From Candidatus Omnitrophica bacterium 4484_49 (lineage in GTDB: Bacteria; Omnitrophota; Gorgyraeia; Kaelpiales; Kaelpiaceae): DNA of 42,146 nucleotides. Location: positions 1-42,146 of the forward strand of contig NATI01000001.1 of assembly GCA_002085265.1 (NCBI GenBank). Reading direction: 5' to 3'. The notes under the pieces are model-generated. The model was not told where the DNA came from. It saw only the letters and a list, made by a program, of their open reading frames with translations, and made no database searches. A program made the position numbers and the translations under genes. Of this stretch, positions 18,284 to 27,891 are shown piece after piece. Positions within the stretch are counted from its first letter, which is position 1. Every line of letters begins with the position of its first letter.

Positions 18284-18735
18284 TTTCAGGGGTAAAGGTT
18301 AAAGAATTGAGGTTTTATCTTGATGAACGGGGCAGACTTTTAGAAATCTTGAGAGCCGATGATGAACTGTTTAAAAAATTTGGCCAGGTGTATATAACTA
18401 CAGTATATCCGGGAATAATTAAGGCCTGGCATCTGCATAAAAAACAGACCGACAATATCTGTTGTATAAAAGGAAATGTTAAGCTCGTGCTCTACGACAA
18501 CCGGAAGAAATCCCAAACCTGTGGTCGCATAATGGAATTTGCACTCGGAGAGGCAAACCCCCTGGTAGTTCAGGTTCCTCCTGGAGTATATCATGGGATA
18601 AAGTGTATTGGCAATGAGGAGGCAATTGTCCTGAATGTCCCCGATTATCCATACAATCATAAAAAACCAGATGAATATCGTCTGGACCCTTACAGTTCCG
18701 ACATTCCTTATGATTGGGGCAGGGTGAATAGATGA
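18280..18735 (+). CDS. RmlC-like cupin (dTDP-4-dehydrorhamnose 3,5-epimerase-related)
   Basis: A short cupin with LDERGRLLEI, AWHLHKKQTD and PPGVYHGIK, sitting between ugd and rmlD. Confidence 0.65.
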   Translation: MISGVKVKELRFYLDERGRLLEILRADDELFKKFGQVYITTVYPGIIKAWHLHKKQTDNICCIKGNVKLVLYDNRKKSQTCGRIMEFALGEANPLVVQVPPGVYHGIKCIGNEEAIVLNVPDYPYNHKKPDEYRLDPYSSDIPYDWGRVNR

Positions 18736-19628
18736 AGACATTATTAACGGGTGCTACTGGTCTTTTGGGACAAGCAATATGGAAGGTATTTAAGGATGAA
18801 TATGAAATAGTTCCTGTATCTCTTTCGGGTGGAAAAGATACTATAAGATGCGATCTTGTCCAGGAAGAGGAAGTTGCCAGATTGATAGATAAATATCATC
18901 CTTCGTTGGTAATTCACACTGCAGCTATAACTGATGTCGACCTGTGTGAGCGGGAACCGGCTTTTGCTCATCAGGTGAATACCATCGCTACCAGGAATCT
19001 TACCTGGTATAGTTCTCAAATCCATTCCGCTTTTATATACATAAGTACCGATTATGTATTTGACGGTGAAAAGAGGTCTCTTTATGTGGAGGAGGATTGC
19101 CCTCAGCCTGTAAATGTCTATGGAATATCTAAACTGGGAGGGGAGAATTATGTTTCCTATTTTATGGAGGAATATTTCATTTTCCGGACCAGTTTCCTTT
19201 TCGGGAGATATAAGCAGAACTTTGTAACATCATGTGTGGAAAGATTGACTTCAGGAGAAGAGCTTGTTGTCGCTCATGACCAGATAATCACCCCCACATA
19301 TGTTGACGATTTTGCCCAGGCTTTAAAAGAGTTTTTAAAAAAAGTGAGAACTCTTCCTCAAAGAGGAGAAACGGTATACGGAATATACCATCTTGTAAAT
19401 CAGGGAAAATGTTCGCGCTATGAACTGGTGGTGGAAATTGCTCGTATTCTCGGGATTGATACGGATGTAATCACAGGAGTAAATTTAGATCAGATATCTA
19501 AAGATGCTGAAAGACCATTGTTTTCTGCACTCTCCCCTCATAAGTTTCAAAAATTTACTGGATTTATCATCCGGGATTGGAAAGAGGCATTGAAAGAGTT
19601 TCTGTCTCAATATGCCAAAAAGGGGTGA
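18732..19628 (+). CDS. rmlD: dTDP-4-dehydrorhamnose reductase
   Basis: Motifs are LLTGATGLLG, ISTDYVFDG and YGISKLGGE (YxxxK). The protein is 298 aa. Confidence 0.8.
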   Translation: MKTLLTGATGLLGQAIWKVFKDEYEIVPVSLSGGKDTIRCDLVQEEEVARLIDKYHPSLVIHTAAITDVDLCEREPAFAHQVNTIATRNLTWYSSQIHSAFIYISTDYVFDGEKRSLYVEEDCPQPVNVYGISKLGGENYVSYFMEEYFIFRTSFLFGRYKQNFVTSCVERLTSGEELVVAHDQIITPTYVDDFAQALKEFLKKVRTLPQRGETVYGIYHLVNQGKCSRYELVVEIARILGIDTDVITGVNLDQISKDAERPLFSALSPHKFQKFTGFIIRDWKEALKEFLSQYAKKG

Positions 19629-19632
19629 GGTT

Positions 19633-20511
19633 ATGGATTTGAAGAGAACCTTAAAGAAGAAGAAAGAATTGATTGATGAATATTTGAAACTCGTCCTTCC
19701 CTATTCTGAAGGGCCACCAAAATTGCAGGAAGCGACCTGGTATGCGATGCTCAATGGTGGTAAGAGATTAAGGGGAATTATTATGATGGCTATTGCTGAA
19801 ATGAAGGACCAGCCCCTGGAGATTATTTTGAATCCTGTTGCCGGTATAGAGATGATTCATACCAGCACCTTGCTTCTTGATGATCTTCCTTCAATGGACG
19901 ATGCTTTGTTGAGAAGAGGAAAGCCCGCTTTGCATAAAGTTTATGGAGAAGCAATAACTATACTGGTTGCGGAATCCTTATTGCTGGAAGGACTGAGTTT
20001 GATAATTGAAGAGGTTATAAATGGCATTTCATCTCGGGAAGAGAGAAGCAGAATAATCGGAAATCTATTTTCTTCTATCGGCAAGGATGGTGTAATGTTA
20101 GGGCAGTTTTTAGATCTGTATAAGAGCAATCAGGAGTTAAAATTGAAAGAAATTGAAGAGATCCATGCTAAAAAAACAGGCAGTCTTTTTGAAGTCTGTG
20201 TAGATATTGCCTCTTCTCTGGCAGGATTTATCCCCCAGGAGAAAAAGGAAATAATGAACTTCGCCACATATTTCGGTAAGGCGTTTCAGATAAGTGATGA
20301 CCTTATAGCGGTGGAGAATAAGCCTGCACTATCCGGTAAGTTATCCCTTACTAAAGATAGAAGGCCCAATTACGTACAGTTGTGTGGGAAGAAGAAAACA
20401 TTAAAGAATTTAAACGATTATGTCCAGAAGGCGATTTCCAGTTTAAAGGTTTTACCCAATTCTGAATTTTTGATTGAATTGACGAAGTATCTTAAAACTC
20501 GCAATAGTTAA
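19633..20511 (+). CDS. Polyprenyl diphosphate synthase (FPP/GGPP synthase type)
   Basis: The first Asp-rich motif is LLLDDLPSMDDALLRRGKP and the second is FQISDDL. ATG 19633 follows the SD-like AGGGGTGAGG, and the track start at 19612 overlaps rmlD. Confidence 0.85.
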   Translation: MDLKRTLKKKKELIDEYLKLVLPYSEGPPKLQEATWYAMLNGGKRLRGIIMMAIAEMKDQPLEIILNPVAGIEMIHTSTLLLDDLPSMDDALLRRGKPALHKVYGEAITILVAESLLLEGLSLIIEEVINGISSREERSRIIGNLFSSIGKDGVMLGQFLDLYKSNQELKLKEIEEIHAKKTGSLFEVCVDIASSLAGFIPQEKKEIMNFATYFGKAFQISDDLIAVENKPALSGKLSLTKDRRPNYVQLCGKKKTLKNLNDYVQKAISSLKVLPNSEFLIELTKYLKTRNS

Positions 20512-20526
20512 ACTTCTATAAGGAAA

Positions 20527-21561
20527 ATGAAAGTGCTGATAACAGGAGTAGCAGGATTTGTTGGCTCTCATTGTGCGGAATACTATGCTTTGAAAGGAGC
20601 CGAGGTATATGGCATCGATAATTTAATCCGTTCTCGATTATTTTCTTCTCGAAAGAAATCTGTAGAATATAACTGGGAATACCTCGCCAGATACAGGAAT
20701 GTTCGCAGGATAAAGTCTGATCTTAGATACCCGGAGAGTTTCTCTTCCCTTAAGAGAATAAAATTCAACCTTGTTATACACACTGCTGCCCAGCCGGGTG
20801 TAGGTTTCTCGTTGAAAAACCCGGAAGATGATTTCCATCTTAATGCTTTATCCACTTTCAATATCTTAGAATTTGTTCGCAAATACTCCCCGCAGGCTAC
20901 ATTTATTTATTGTTCCACTAATAAAGTATATGGGACCAGAGTGTCAAAGTTTAAAATTAAGGAATGTCATACCCGGTATAAGTTTAAGAATATAAAGGGG
21001 GTAGATGAACATACCGGGATTGACCTTACACCTCATACTCCTTACGGTGTAAGTAAATATGTGGGAGATATATATACTCAGGAATACTCGGCGGTATACA
21101 GGATTAAAGCGGCGGTATTCAGAATGAGCTGTATATATGGCACCCGGCAGTTTGGATTCGAAGACCAGGGCTGGCTGGCGTGGTTTCTCATTTCAGGGTT
21201 AAAACATAGAGGGATAACAATCTATGGAGATGGGAAACAAGTAAGAGATGTTCTATACATTTCTGATCTGGTGGCTGCATTTGACAAGTTTCACCACTCT
21301 CCGCTTAATTCTGAAGTGTTTAATATTGGAGGGGGGATAGATAATTCAATTTCTCTTCTGGAATATCTCAAATTTCTGGAGGAGAATTTTGGAATCAAAT
21401 TCCGCGTTAGATTTAAAGATTGGCGACTATATGATCAAAGAGTATACATCTCAAATATCACCAAATTAAATACCAAACTTAACTGGAAACCTAAAGTGGA
21501 TTATCGGGAGGGGGTTGCTAAACTTTACACCTGGATAAAAAAGAACATTAATCTCTTTTGA
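20527..21561 (+). CDS. NAD-dependent epimerase/dehydratase (extended SDR)
   Basis: Motifs are ITGVAGFVGSH and YGVSKYVGD (YxxxK). The protein is 344 aa and lies among sugar-nucleotide genes. Confidence 0.8.
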   Translation: MKVLITGVAGFVGSHCAEYYALKGAEVYGIDNLIRSRLFSSRKKSVEYNWEYLARYRNVRRIKSDLRYPESFSSLKRIKFNLVIHTAAQPGVGFSLKNPEDDFHLNALSTFNILEFVRKYSPQATFIYCSTNKVYGTRVSKFKIKECHTRYKFKNIKGVDEHTGIDLTPHTPYGVSKYVGDIYTQEYSAVYRIKAAVFRMSCIYGTRQFGFEDQGWLAWFLISGLKHRGITIYGDGKQVRDVLYISDLVAAFDKFHHSPLNSEVFNIGGGIDNSISLLEYLKFLEENFGIKFRVRFKDWRLYDQRVYISNITKLNTKLNWKPKVDYREGVAKLYTWIKKNINLF

Positions 21562-21562
21562 T

Positions 21563-22117
21563 ATGAGACGTCCCATATTTCTGGATAGAGATGGTGTGAT
21601 AAATATCGAGCCTTCAAGATTTGGTAAGGACTATGTCACTATACCAGGAGAGTTTCAATTTATACCTCAGGTTATTCCTGCACTGAAATTGTTAATCGAT
21701 AACAATTATGATATTTATGTCATCTCCAATCAGGCAGGGGTGGGGAAGGGGATTTTCAGTTGGGAGCAACTGGAAGAAGTAACCAAACATATGCTGGATG
21801 TTTTGAGCGAGAATGGAGTGGAAATAAAAGAGGTTCTCTATTGCCCTCATCGTTCCCAGGATAATTGCAATTGTCGAAAGCCCAGGACAGGCAATTTGGA
21901 AATTGTGTGGGATAGATATCAAAGATTGAAAAAGGAAAGGATATTCTTCATAGGCGATCAGGAGAGAGATATTCAGACCGCGAAAAATTTTTCCATTTTA
22001 TCTGTTCTTGTTCTTAGTGGTAAATCAAATTTTCATTCCTTGGGAAGTTTCTCTATACTTCCTGATTATATCGCTTGTGACCTTTACGACGCGGTTATAA
22101 ATATAGTTTTGAAATGA
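21563..22117 (+). CDS. gmhB: D-glycero-D-manno-heptose 1,7-bisphosphate phosphatase-like HAD hydrolase
   Basis: Motifs are the HAD motif I FLDRDGVIN, ISNQAG and the Zn-binding loop CPHRSQDNCNCRKP. Confidence 0.8.
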   Translation: MRRPIFLDRDGVINIEPSRFGKDYVTIPGEFQFIPQVIPALKLLIDNNYDIYVISNQAGVGKGIFSWEQLEEVTKHMLDVLSENGVEIKEVLYCPHRSQDNCNCRKPRTGNLEIVWDRYQRLKKERIFFIGDQERDIQTAKNFSILSVLVLSGKSNFHSLGSFSILPDYIACDLYDAVINIVLK

Positions 22118-22710
22118 AGATAAAGATGATTTCTGTGGATAAGACAACATACATAAAGGCCTTGGAGGCAAGGGTCAAAAAATGCAAAAGATGTTCTCTG
22201 GCGTTTACCAGGAATAATCCGGTAATTGGAGAAGGTAATTTAAATGCTCGTTTGATGTTTATCGGAGAAGCCCCTGGGGAGCAGGAGGACCTCCAGGGAA
22301 GACCATTTGTGGGCAAATCAGGACAATTACTTACCAGGATCATCCAGGCTATGGGGTTGAGTCGAGAGGAAGTGTATATAGCAAATATATTGAAATGTCG
22401 ACCTCCAGGAAACAGAGACCCTTATCCTCAGGAGATAGAAAATTGTCTTCCCTATTTATTTTTCCAGATGGAACTCATAAGGCCTGAAATACTTGTACTT
22501 CTGGGGAGAATCGCTGGTATTGCGTTATTTGGCACCCAGTTTTCGATTACCAGGATGCACGGGCAACTTCTTTACTTCCGAGGTATAAAAGTAATTCCTT
22601 CGTTTCATCCTGCATACCTTCTGCTTAATCCCAGAGCAAAAAAACTTGCGTGGGAAGATATGAAGAATGTACTTAAACAGCTCAATCTTCCCATTCCGGA
22701 TAAGCAATGA
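22114..22710 (+). CDS. Uracil-DNA glycosylase, family 4
   Basis: Supporting features are CKRCSL, motif A FIGEAPGEQED, RPFVGKSG and motif B SFHPAYLL. Confidence 0.85.
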   Translation: MKIKMISVDKTTYIKALEARVKKCKRCSLAFTRNNPVIGEGNLNARLMFIGEAPGEQEDLQGRPFVGKSGQLLTRIIQAMGLSREEVYIANILKCRPPGNRDPYPQEIENCLPYLFFQMELIRPEILVLLGRIAGIALFGTQFSITRMHGQLLYFRGIKVIPSFHPAYLLLNPRAKKLAWEDMKNVLKQLNLPIPDKQ

Positions 22711-24698
22711 TAGTTGAGGTCGCTTTTGGTCTTCCTGTGGATAAGACATTTAAATACATTCTCCCTTCCAGTTTTTCTTCTAAAAAAATTACACCTGGGG
22801 TGAGAGTCAGGGCTCCTTTTCGCAGTGGGGTGAAAATAGGCTATGTCGTCGATGTCCTGAAAGAGGGAAATAGAGAAGGACTTAAAGAGATATCTGAAGT
22901 TTTAGATTCCCGTCCGGTGATTAACTCCGATATATTGCAGTTAACCTGGTGGATGGCGATTCATTACTATTCTGCCTGGGGAGAGTGCATAGAGGCCAGT
23001 ATTCCGGGACTGGTCCGCAAGGGGAGGAAGACGGTTAAACCTCATAAGGAAATAAGCATAAAGCCAGATATAAATTTTAAAAAACCCAGACGATTAACCC
23101 CTGCCCAGGAGAGGGCATTTAAAACTATCCGGGAAAAGTTCAATGCCTTTAATGTATTTTTGCTTTTTGGAGTCACAGCCTCAGGAAAAACCGAGATATA
23201 TTTGAGAGCGGTAGAACTTGCACTGGATAGGGGAAAATCAGCACTGGTTCTGGTTCCAGAAATAGCACTTTCGCCCCAGACGGTTTCCAGGTTCAAAAAT
23301 AGATTCAGAAATATTGGCATTTCTGTTTTACACAGTGGCCTTACTGAGGCTCAGAGATTTCAGGAATGGAATAAAATTAAAGATGGAGAAAGCCGGATAT
23401 GTATAGGTACCCGTTCAGCAGTATTTGCACCGTTTGTAAATCTGGGGGTTATTATAATTGATGAGGAACATGAGGTCAGTTATAAACAGGATGAACGTCC
23501 CCGGTATCATGCTCGTGATCTGGCAATAATCAGAGGTAAAATATTTAACTGTCCTGTGATTCTGGGCTCAGCGACTCCCAGTTTAGAATCATACTATAAA
23601 GCCAAGAAAGGAGAATACATACTTCTGGAACTCCCTCACAGGATAAAAAGGAAGAAACTCCCTGATGTGAAAATTATCGACCTCAGGTCTGAGAAAAGAA
23701 GAGGGTTAAAACCTCTGGTGTTCTCTCAACCCCTGAAAGTTGAAATTCAATCGCTACTGGATAGAAAAGCACAGGCGATGTTATTTCTCAATCGTAGAGG
23801 ATTTTCTACTTCTTTGGTATGTCTTAAATGTGGCTATGTGATTAAATGTCCCCGGTGTGAAATTTCACTTACTTATCATTCCAGAGCGAAAAGGCTCATT
23901 TGCCATCATTGTAATTATAAAACGGAAAAGATTTCCATCTGCCCTCAATGTCAATCCCGATATTTGATATACAGGGGATTCGGTACTCAGAAGGTGGTAA
24001 GTGAACTTCACAGATTATTTCCAGGTATAACCACAGCTCGTCTGGATTCCGATGTTTTACGGAAAAGGGGAGTTTTAGAAAAAATCATTCAAGAATTCCG
24101 TGACCACAAAATTGATATCTTAGTGGGGACACAGATAATTGCCAAAGGGCATGACTTTCCCAATGTTGATCTGGTAGGAGTTATTCTTGCTGATTTGAGT
24201 TTAAACATTATAGATTTCCGTGCTGGTGAGAGGACATTTTCTCTTTTGACTCAGGTTGCTGGTAGGTCTGGAAGAGGAAGAAGAGGAGGAAGGGTAATTA
24301 TTCAAACCTATAACCCTGAGCATTATACCATCCAAACCAGCCTTAAACAGGATTATCCTTCTTTTTACAGTCAGGAAATAGAGCGGAGAAAAATTTTAGA
24401 ACTTCCGCCTTTCAGTCAGTTGATAAAACTGGAGTTAAGACACAAGGATCAGAATAAAGCAGAGCAGAAGGCATACAGAATAAAAGAATTACTGGGAGGA
24501 GTTGCTAACAGAGACTTTGAAATTTTGGGACCCGCTCCTCATCCTGTTCCCAGGTTAAGAGGAGAATATCGCTGGGATCTAATTATAAAATCCAAAAATC
24601 TTGCATCTACATTACGGTTATTATATAACATTATAGGATTCAGGATTCGGTTTGAAGGAGTAAAGCTAATTGTCGATGTTGACCCTTATGAGGATTAG
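22707..24698 (+). CDS. priA: Primosomal protein N' (replication restart helicase PriA)
   Basis: Supporting features are Walker A GVTASGKT, the DEEH box IIIDEEHE and the Cys-rich zinc region CLKCGYVIKCPRCEISLTYH...CHHC...CPQC. Confidence 0.95.
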   Translation: MIVEVAFGLPVDKTFKYILPSSFSSKKITPGVRVRAPFRSGVKIGYVVDVLKEGNREGLKEISEVLDSRPVINSDILQLTWWMAIHYYSAWGECIEASIPGLVRKGRKTVKPHKEISIKPDINFKKPRRLTPAQERAFKTIREKFNAFNVFLLFGVTASGKTEIYLRAVELALDRGKSALVLVPEIALSPQTVSRFKNRFRNIGISVLHSGLTEAQRFQEWNKIKDGESRICIGTRSAVFAPFVNLGVIIIDEEHEVSYKQDERPRYHARDLAIIRGKIFNCPVILGSATPSLESYYKAKKGEYILLELPHRIKRKKLPDVKIIDLRSEKRRGLKPLVFSQPLKVEIQSLLDRKAQAMLFLNRRGFSTSLVCLKCGYVIKCPRCEISLTYHSRAKRLICHHCNYKTEKISICPQCQSRYLIYRGFGTQKVVSELHRLFPGITTARLDSDVLRKRGVLEKIIQEFRDHKIDILVGTQIIAKGHDFPNVDLVGVILADLSLNIIDFRAGERTFSLLTQVAGRSGRGRRGGRVIIQTYNPEHYTIQTSLKQDYPSFYSQEIERRKILELPPFSQLIKLELRHKDQNKAEQKAYRIKELLGGVANRDFEILGPAPHPVPRLRGEYRWDLIIKSKNLASTLRLLYNIIGFRIRFEGVKLIVDVDPYED

Positions 24699-24701
24699 GA
24701 G

Positions 24702-25187
24702 ATGAAAATAGTCACATATCCTGATCCGGTGTTAAAAAAGAAGATTGCCAAGGTAAAAGAGATTGGAGAGCAGGAGTTGAATCTTGTCCGGGAGATGATT
24801 GAAACTATGCTGGAAAATAATGGTGTGGGGCTGGCTGCTAATCAGATAGGTGTAAGTAGAAGGGTATTCGTGGCTTCACCTACTATGAAAAGGGACGATG
24901 TTCTGGTGTTATTCAATCCCCGGATAATAGGGAAATCTGGCTCTGTTGAAGATATGGAAGGATGCTTGAGTCTCCCCGGGATTACTGCTACCGTGAGAAG
25001 AGCAAATACGGTTGTGGTAGAAGGGTGGGATATAAATGGTAAAACACAAAAAATAAAAGCCACTGGTCTCCTGGCCAGGATTATTCAGCATGAAGTTGAT
25101 CACCTTAATGGTAAGCTGTTCATACATCGACTTCCCTTTCGGGAGAGAAAAAAACTGCTTAAGGAATATTTTAATAAATGCGGATAG
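24702..25187 (+). CDS. def: Peptide deformylase
   Basis: All three deformylase motifs are present: GVGLAANQIG, EGCLSLPG and QHEVDHLNG. Confidence 0.95.
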   Translation: MKIVTYPDPVLKKKIAKVKEIGEQELNLVREMIETMLENNGVGLAANQIGVSRRVFVASPTMKRDDVLVLFNPRIIGKSGSVEDMEGCLSLPGITATVRRANTVVVEGWDINGKTQKIKATGLLARIIQHEVDHLNGKLFIHRLPFRERKKLLKEYFNKCG

Positions 25188-26128
25188 TATTTTTTGGATC
25201 CGGGAATTTCTCCATTCCAGTTTTTGAATATCTGTGTAATCAAAAAAAACATCAATTGCTGGCTGTTGTCACTCAGCCAGATAAAAAAGGGGGTAGAGGT
25301 TATAAAGTTCAGCATACTCCGGTTAAGGAGTATGTTCTCAAAAATAGAATTTCCACACCCCCTGTTTTTCAACCCCAGGATGTCAATTCTGTAGATTTTA
25401 TTCGACTTTTGAGAAACCTGACTCCTGATTTATTTATAGTGGCATCATTCGGGCAAATTTTTAAAAGAGAGGCTCTTTCCCTTCCCAGAATATTTGCTAT
25501 CAATATTCATGCTTCCCTATTGCCCAGATATAGGGGAGCAGCCCCTGTGAATTGGGCAATCATAAACGGAGAAGAAATTACGGGAGTGACGATTTTTAAA
25601 ATGAACGAGCGGATGGATGCTGGAGAGATAATTTCTCAGCGAGAATGTAATATCTCCTTTCAGGATACTGCGGTAACTCTAGAAAAGAAGCTTGCAGATA
25701 TCGGTAGGGATTTGCTACACCAGACATTGAATGCGATTGTTGAGAGTAGATTTCAATTAAGACCTCAACATGGTAAGCCCAGTTATGCTCCCAGGCTGAA
25801 AAAACAGGACGGCTTTATCCACTGGAAGAGGTCTGCTTTGGAAATTTACAACCTTATCCGGGGTACACAACCCTGGCCTGGAGCGTATACTTATTTTCAG
25901 GAAAAGCTTTTAAAAATTTTCACTGCTGAGATAATAAAGATGGATGAAGGTATGAGAAGTGGAAATCCTGGGGAGATATTGGATACAGATAAGGAAGGAT
26001 TTATTGTTGCCTGCGGAAGCGGGAGTTTAAGGATAAAAGAATTACAGCCTGAATCCCGGAAGAGAATGTCTGCCAGGGAGTTCATTTCAGGATATAGAAT
26101 CAAGCCTGGTATGAAATTAGGACCTTGA
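25178..26128 (+). CDS. fmt: Methionyl-tRNA formyltransferase
   Basis: MRIVFFGSGNF and NIHASLLPRYRGAAPVNWAI are present, followed by a C-terminal Fmt domain. The gene directly follows def. Confidence 0.95.
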   Translation: MRIVFFGSGNFSIPVFEYLCNQKKHQLLAVVTQPDKKGGRGYKVQHTPVKEYVLKNRISTPPVFQPQDVNSVDFIRLLRNLTPDLFIVASFGQIFKREALSLPRIFAINIHASLLPRYRGAAPVNWAIINGEEITGVTIFKMNERMDAGEIISQRECNISFQDTAVTLEKKLADIGRDLLHQTLNAIVESRFQLRPQHGKPSYAPRLKKQDGFIHWKRSALEIYNLIRGTQPWPGAYTYFQEKLLKIFTAEIIKMDEGMRSGNPGEILDTDKEGFIVACGSGSLRIKELQPESRKRMSAREFISGYRIKPGMKLGP

Positions 26129-26152
26129 AAATACTATACATAATGATAAAAT
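26125..26152 (+). promoter_or_regulatory. Sigma70-like promoter; predicted leaderless transcript for the 26160 CDS
   Basis: The -35 is TTGAAA (26125-26130, overlapping the fmt stop). A 16-nt spacer ends in TGa, and the -10 is TAAAAT (26147-26152). ATG lies 7 nt downstream and the gap has no SD. Confidence 0.45.
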
Positions 26153-26159
26153 AGACAAG

Positions 26160-27092
26160 ATGTATACCAGATTATTTTCACTGATAATTTTGATTTTAAT
26201 CATTACAACAGGGATTTCTTATGCTCAGGAAGTTCAGGCAGTCAGAATAATAAAATATGACAAACAGTACAATTTTATAGTGATAGATCAGGGAAAGATC
26301 CACGGGCTTGTTCCTGGAATGGATTTTGCCATCGTTAAAAATGGTGCTGAGATAGGAAAAATAGAGGTGGTTAAAGTAAAGGATAATGTATCTGCCTGTG
26401 ATATTTTGGAATTACTGGAAGGTTTTTCAATTAATGAAGGAGACGTGATAACACTTTATCCAATCGGTCAATCATCAAATGTGAGCAAGCAGCCGTCTTC
26501 GGTGACTCCTCGGGAAGTTCCCCAGAAGAAATCTGCTGGTAGCGCAAAGAAGAAAGGAGGATTCTGGTATACCCTGTCTCAGCCCTTCAGAAAGATGTTC
26601 CGTGAAAACGAAGAAGGGGAAGAAGTTTCAGGAGTTACTGCTCCACCTCGCAGTATGGAAGAGATTATAACTGTTTCTCGGTTGGAAGGACCACAGATGA
26701 ACATAGATGTGTATGCGGACAAAGATATTACATTTTATAAACTCCGTGATGTCCTTGATGAACATAAAGTGATAATTACCCATTCCAACAGACTGAACGG
26801 AACCTTAACAGGATTTAAACTTGCTCCTATGGGCATTGCTGAGCAGGTATTTGCTGATTTCCGAGGACTTCAGGAAAGGAAAGTCGTGTACTCATTTGAG
26901 ATTAAGCCTCAGGGTCCACAAACATCGAAAATCTCTGTAAGTGTGAAATTGATTTCCTATAGCAAACATGACCAGCCCAGATATATAATTTTAAGGACAG
27001 GGAAGTTGATTGACGAAGTACGAGAAATTTTATCCGAGGTAAAAACCAAGGCAGAGAGCAAACAGCAAGAATGGGGAGGAGAAAATGGCTAA
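26160..27092 (+). CDS. Hypothetical exported protein (signal peptide, N-terminal beta-rich domain, basic/Ser-rich linker, C-terminal domain)
   Basis: The N-terminus MYTRLFSLIILILIITTGISYAQE looks like a signal peptide. I recognise no family. Coding is inferred from ORF length and gene-like composition. Confidence 0.55.
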   Translation: MYTRLFSLIILILIITTGISYAQEVQAVRIIKYDKQYNFIVIDQGKIHGLVPGMDFAIVKNGAEIGKIEVVKVKDNVSACDILELLEGFSINEGDVITLYPIGQSSNVSKQPSSVTPREVPQKKSAGSAKKKGGFWYTLSQPFRKMFRENEEGEEVSGVTAPPRSMEEIITVSRLEGPQMNIDVYADKDITFYKLRDVLDEHKVIITHSNRLNGTLTGFKLAPMGIAEQVFADFRGLQERKVVYSFEIKPQGPQTSKISVSVKLISYSKHDQPRYIILRTGKLIDEVREILSEVKTKAESKQQEWGGENG

Positions 27093-27249
27093 ACCGAAAG
27101 AGGGCAAAAAGCCGACCAATTGTAAGCAGTGTAATAAGAAATTGAGTAAAAAAAAGTGGTATTATCGTAATGGAAATTATTTTTGTAGCAAGAAATGCTG
27201 GAAGGCGTTTGATGCTAAGCAAAAACAGGAGGCTAAAAAGGAGGAATGA
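27085..27249 (+). CDS. Small 4-Cys zinc-ribbon / TRASH-like protein (54 aa; below the ORF-track cutoff)
   Basis: My own translation is MAKPKEGKKPTNCKQCNKKLSKKKWYYRNGNYFCSKKCWKAFDAKQKQEAKKEE, giving Cx2C-x17-Cx3C. GGAGGAG lies upstream, and the ORF overlaps the preceding stop by 8 nt. Confidence 0.5.
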   Translation: MAKPKEGKKPTNCKQCNKKLSKKKWYYRNGNYFCSKKCWKAFDAKQKQEAKKEE

Positions 27250-27252
27250 GAT

Positions 27253-27885
27253 ATGCTGGGATCTGGTGATATTGAATGGTTAGGTCACGCCAGTTTCAGG
27301 ATAACTTTCAATGGCAGGATAATCTATATTGATCCCTGGGAAATATCTGATCCCAAACCTGGAGATATAATATTCATCACTCATTCTCATTTCGACCACT
27401 TCTCTCCGGAGGATGTCTCTAAACTCGCAAAGCAGGGGACATATCTTATAGGGCCCCAGGATATATTAGGGAAAGTTCCTTCCGAGTGTGAATTTGTAGC
27501 TGTGAAGCCAGGTGATGAAAAAGAAATTCTGGGAATAAAATTTGAAGTAATCCCCGCCTATAATATAAATAAACAGTTTCATCCCAGAAATAATAACTGG
27601 GTGGGGTATGTCATTCATCTCGGGGATACTAAGGTATATCATCCGGGAGATACAGATTTAATACCTGAGATGGAAAATATTAAACCGGATATTGCTCTTT
27701 TACCCATTGGGGGCACCTATACTATGAATGCTGAAGAAGCAGCGCAAGCCGCTAAACGCATGAATGCGAAGAAAGTGATTCCTATGCATTATGGGAAAAT
27801 AGTGGGTTCAGATAAAGACCTCGAGATATTCAAGTCCAGTTTACCTCCGGATGTGGAAGTTCTCACCTTACCTTCCGGTCGGTAA
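27253..27885 (+). CDS. Metallo-beta-lactamase-fold hydrolase (UPF0173-like)
   Basis: FITHSHFDHF supplies the HxHxDH motif, and the downstream HPGD and PMHYG segments supply His/Asp ligands. The protein is 210 aa with AGGAGG upstream. Confidence 0.8.
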   Translation: MLGSGDIEWLGHASFRITFNGRIIYIDPWEISDPKPGDIIFITHSHFDHFSPEDVSKLAKQGTYLIGPQDILGKVPSECEFVAVKPGDEKEILGIKFEVIPAYNINKQFHPRNNNWVGYVIHLGDTKVYHPGDTDLIPEMENIKPDIALLPIGGTYTMNAEEAAQAAKRMNAKKVIPMHYGKIVGSDKDLEIFKSSLPPDVEVLTLPSGR

Positions 27886-27891
27886 GTTTTA

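Noticed and set aside
18340-19025. Minus-strand ORFs 18340-18741 (133 aa) and 18744-19025 (93 aa)
   Set aside because: They are antisense to the RmlC-like and rmlD genes. Long open antisense frames are expected in AT-rich, stop-poor antisense frames.
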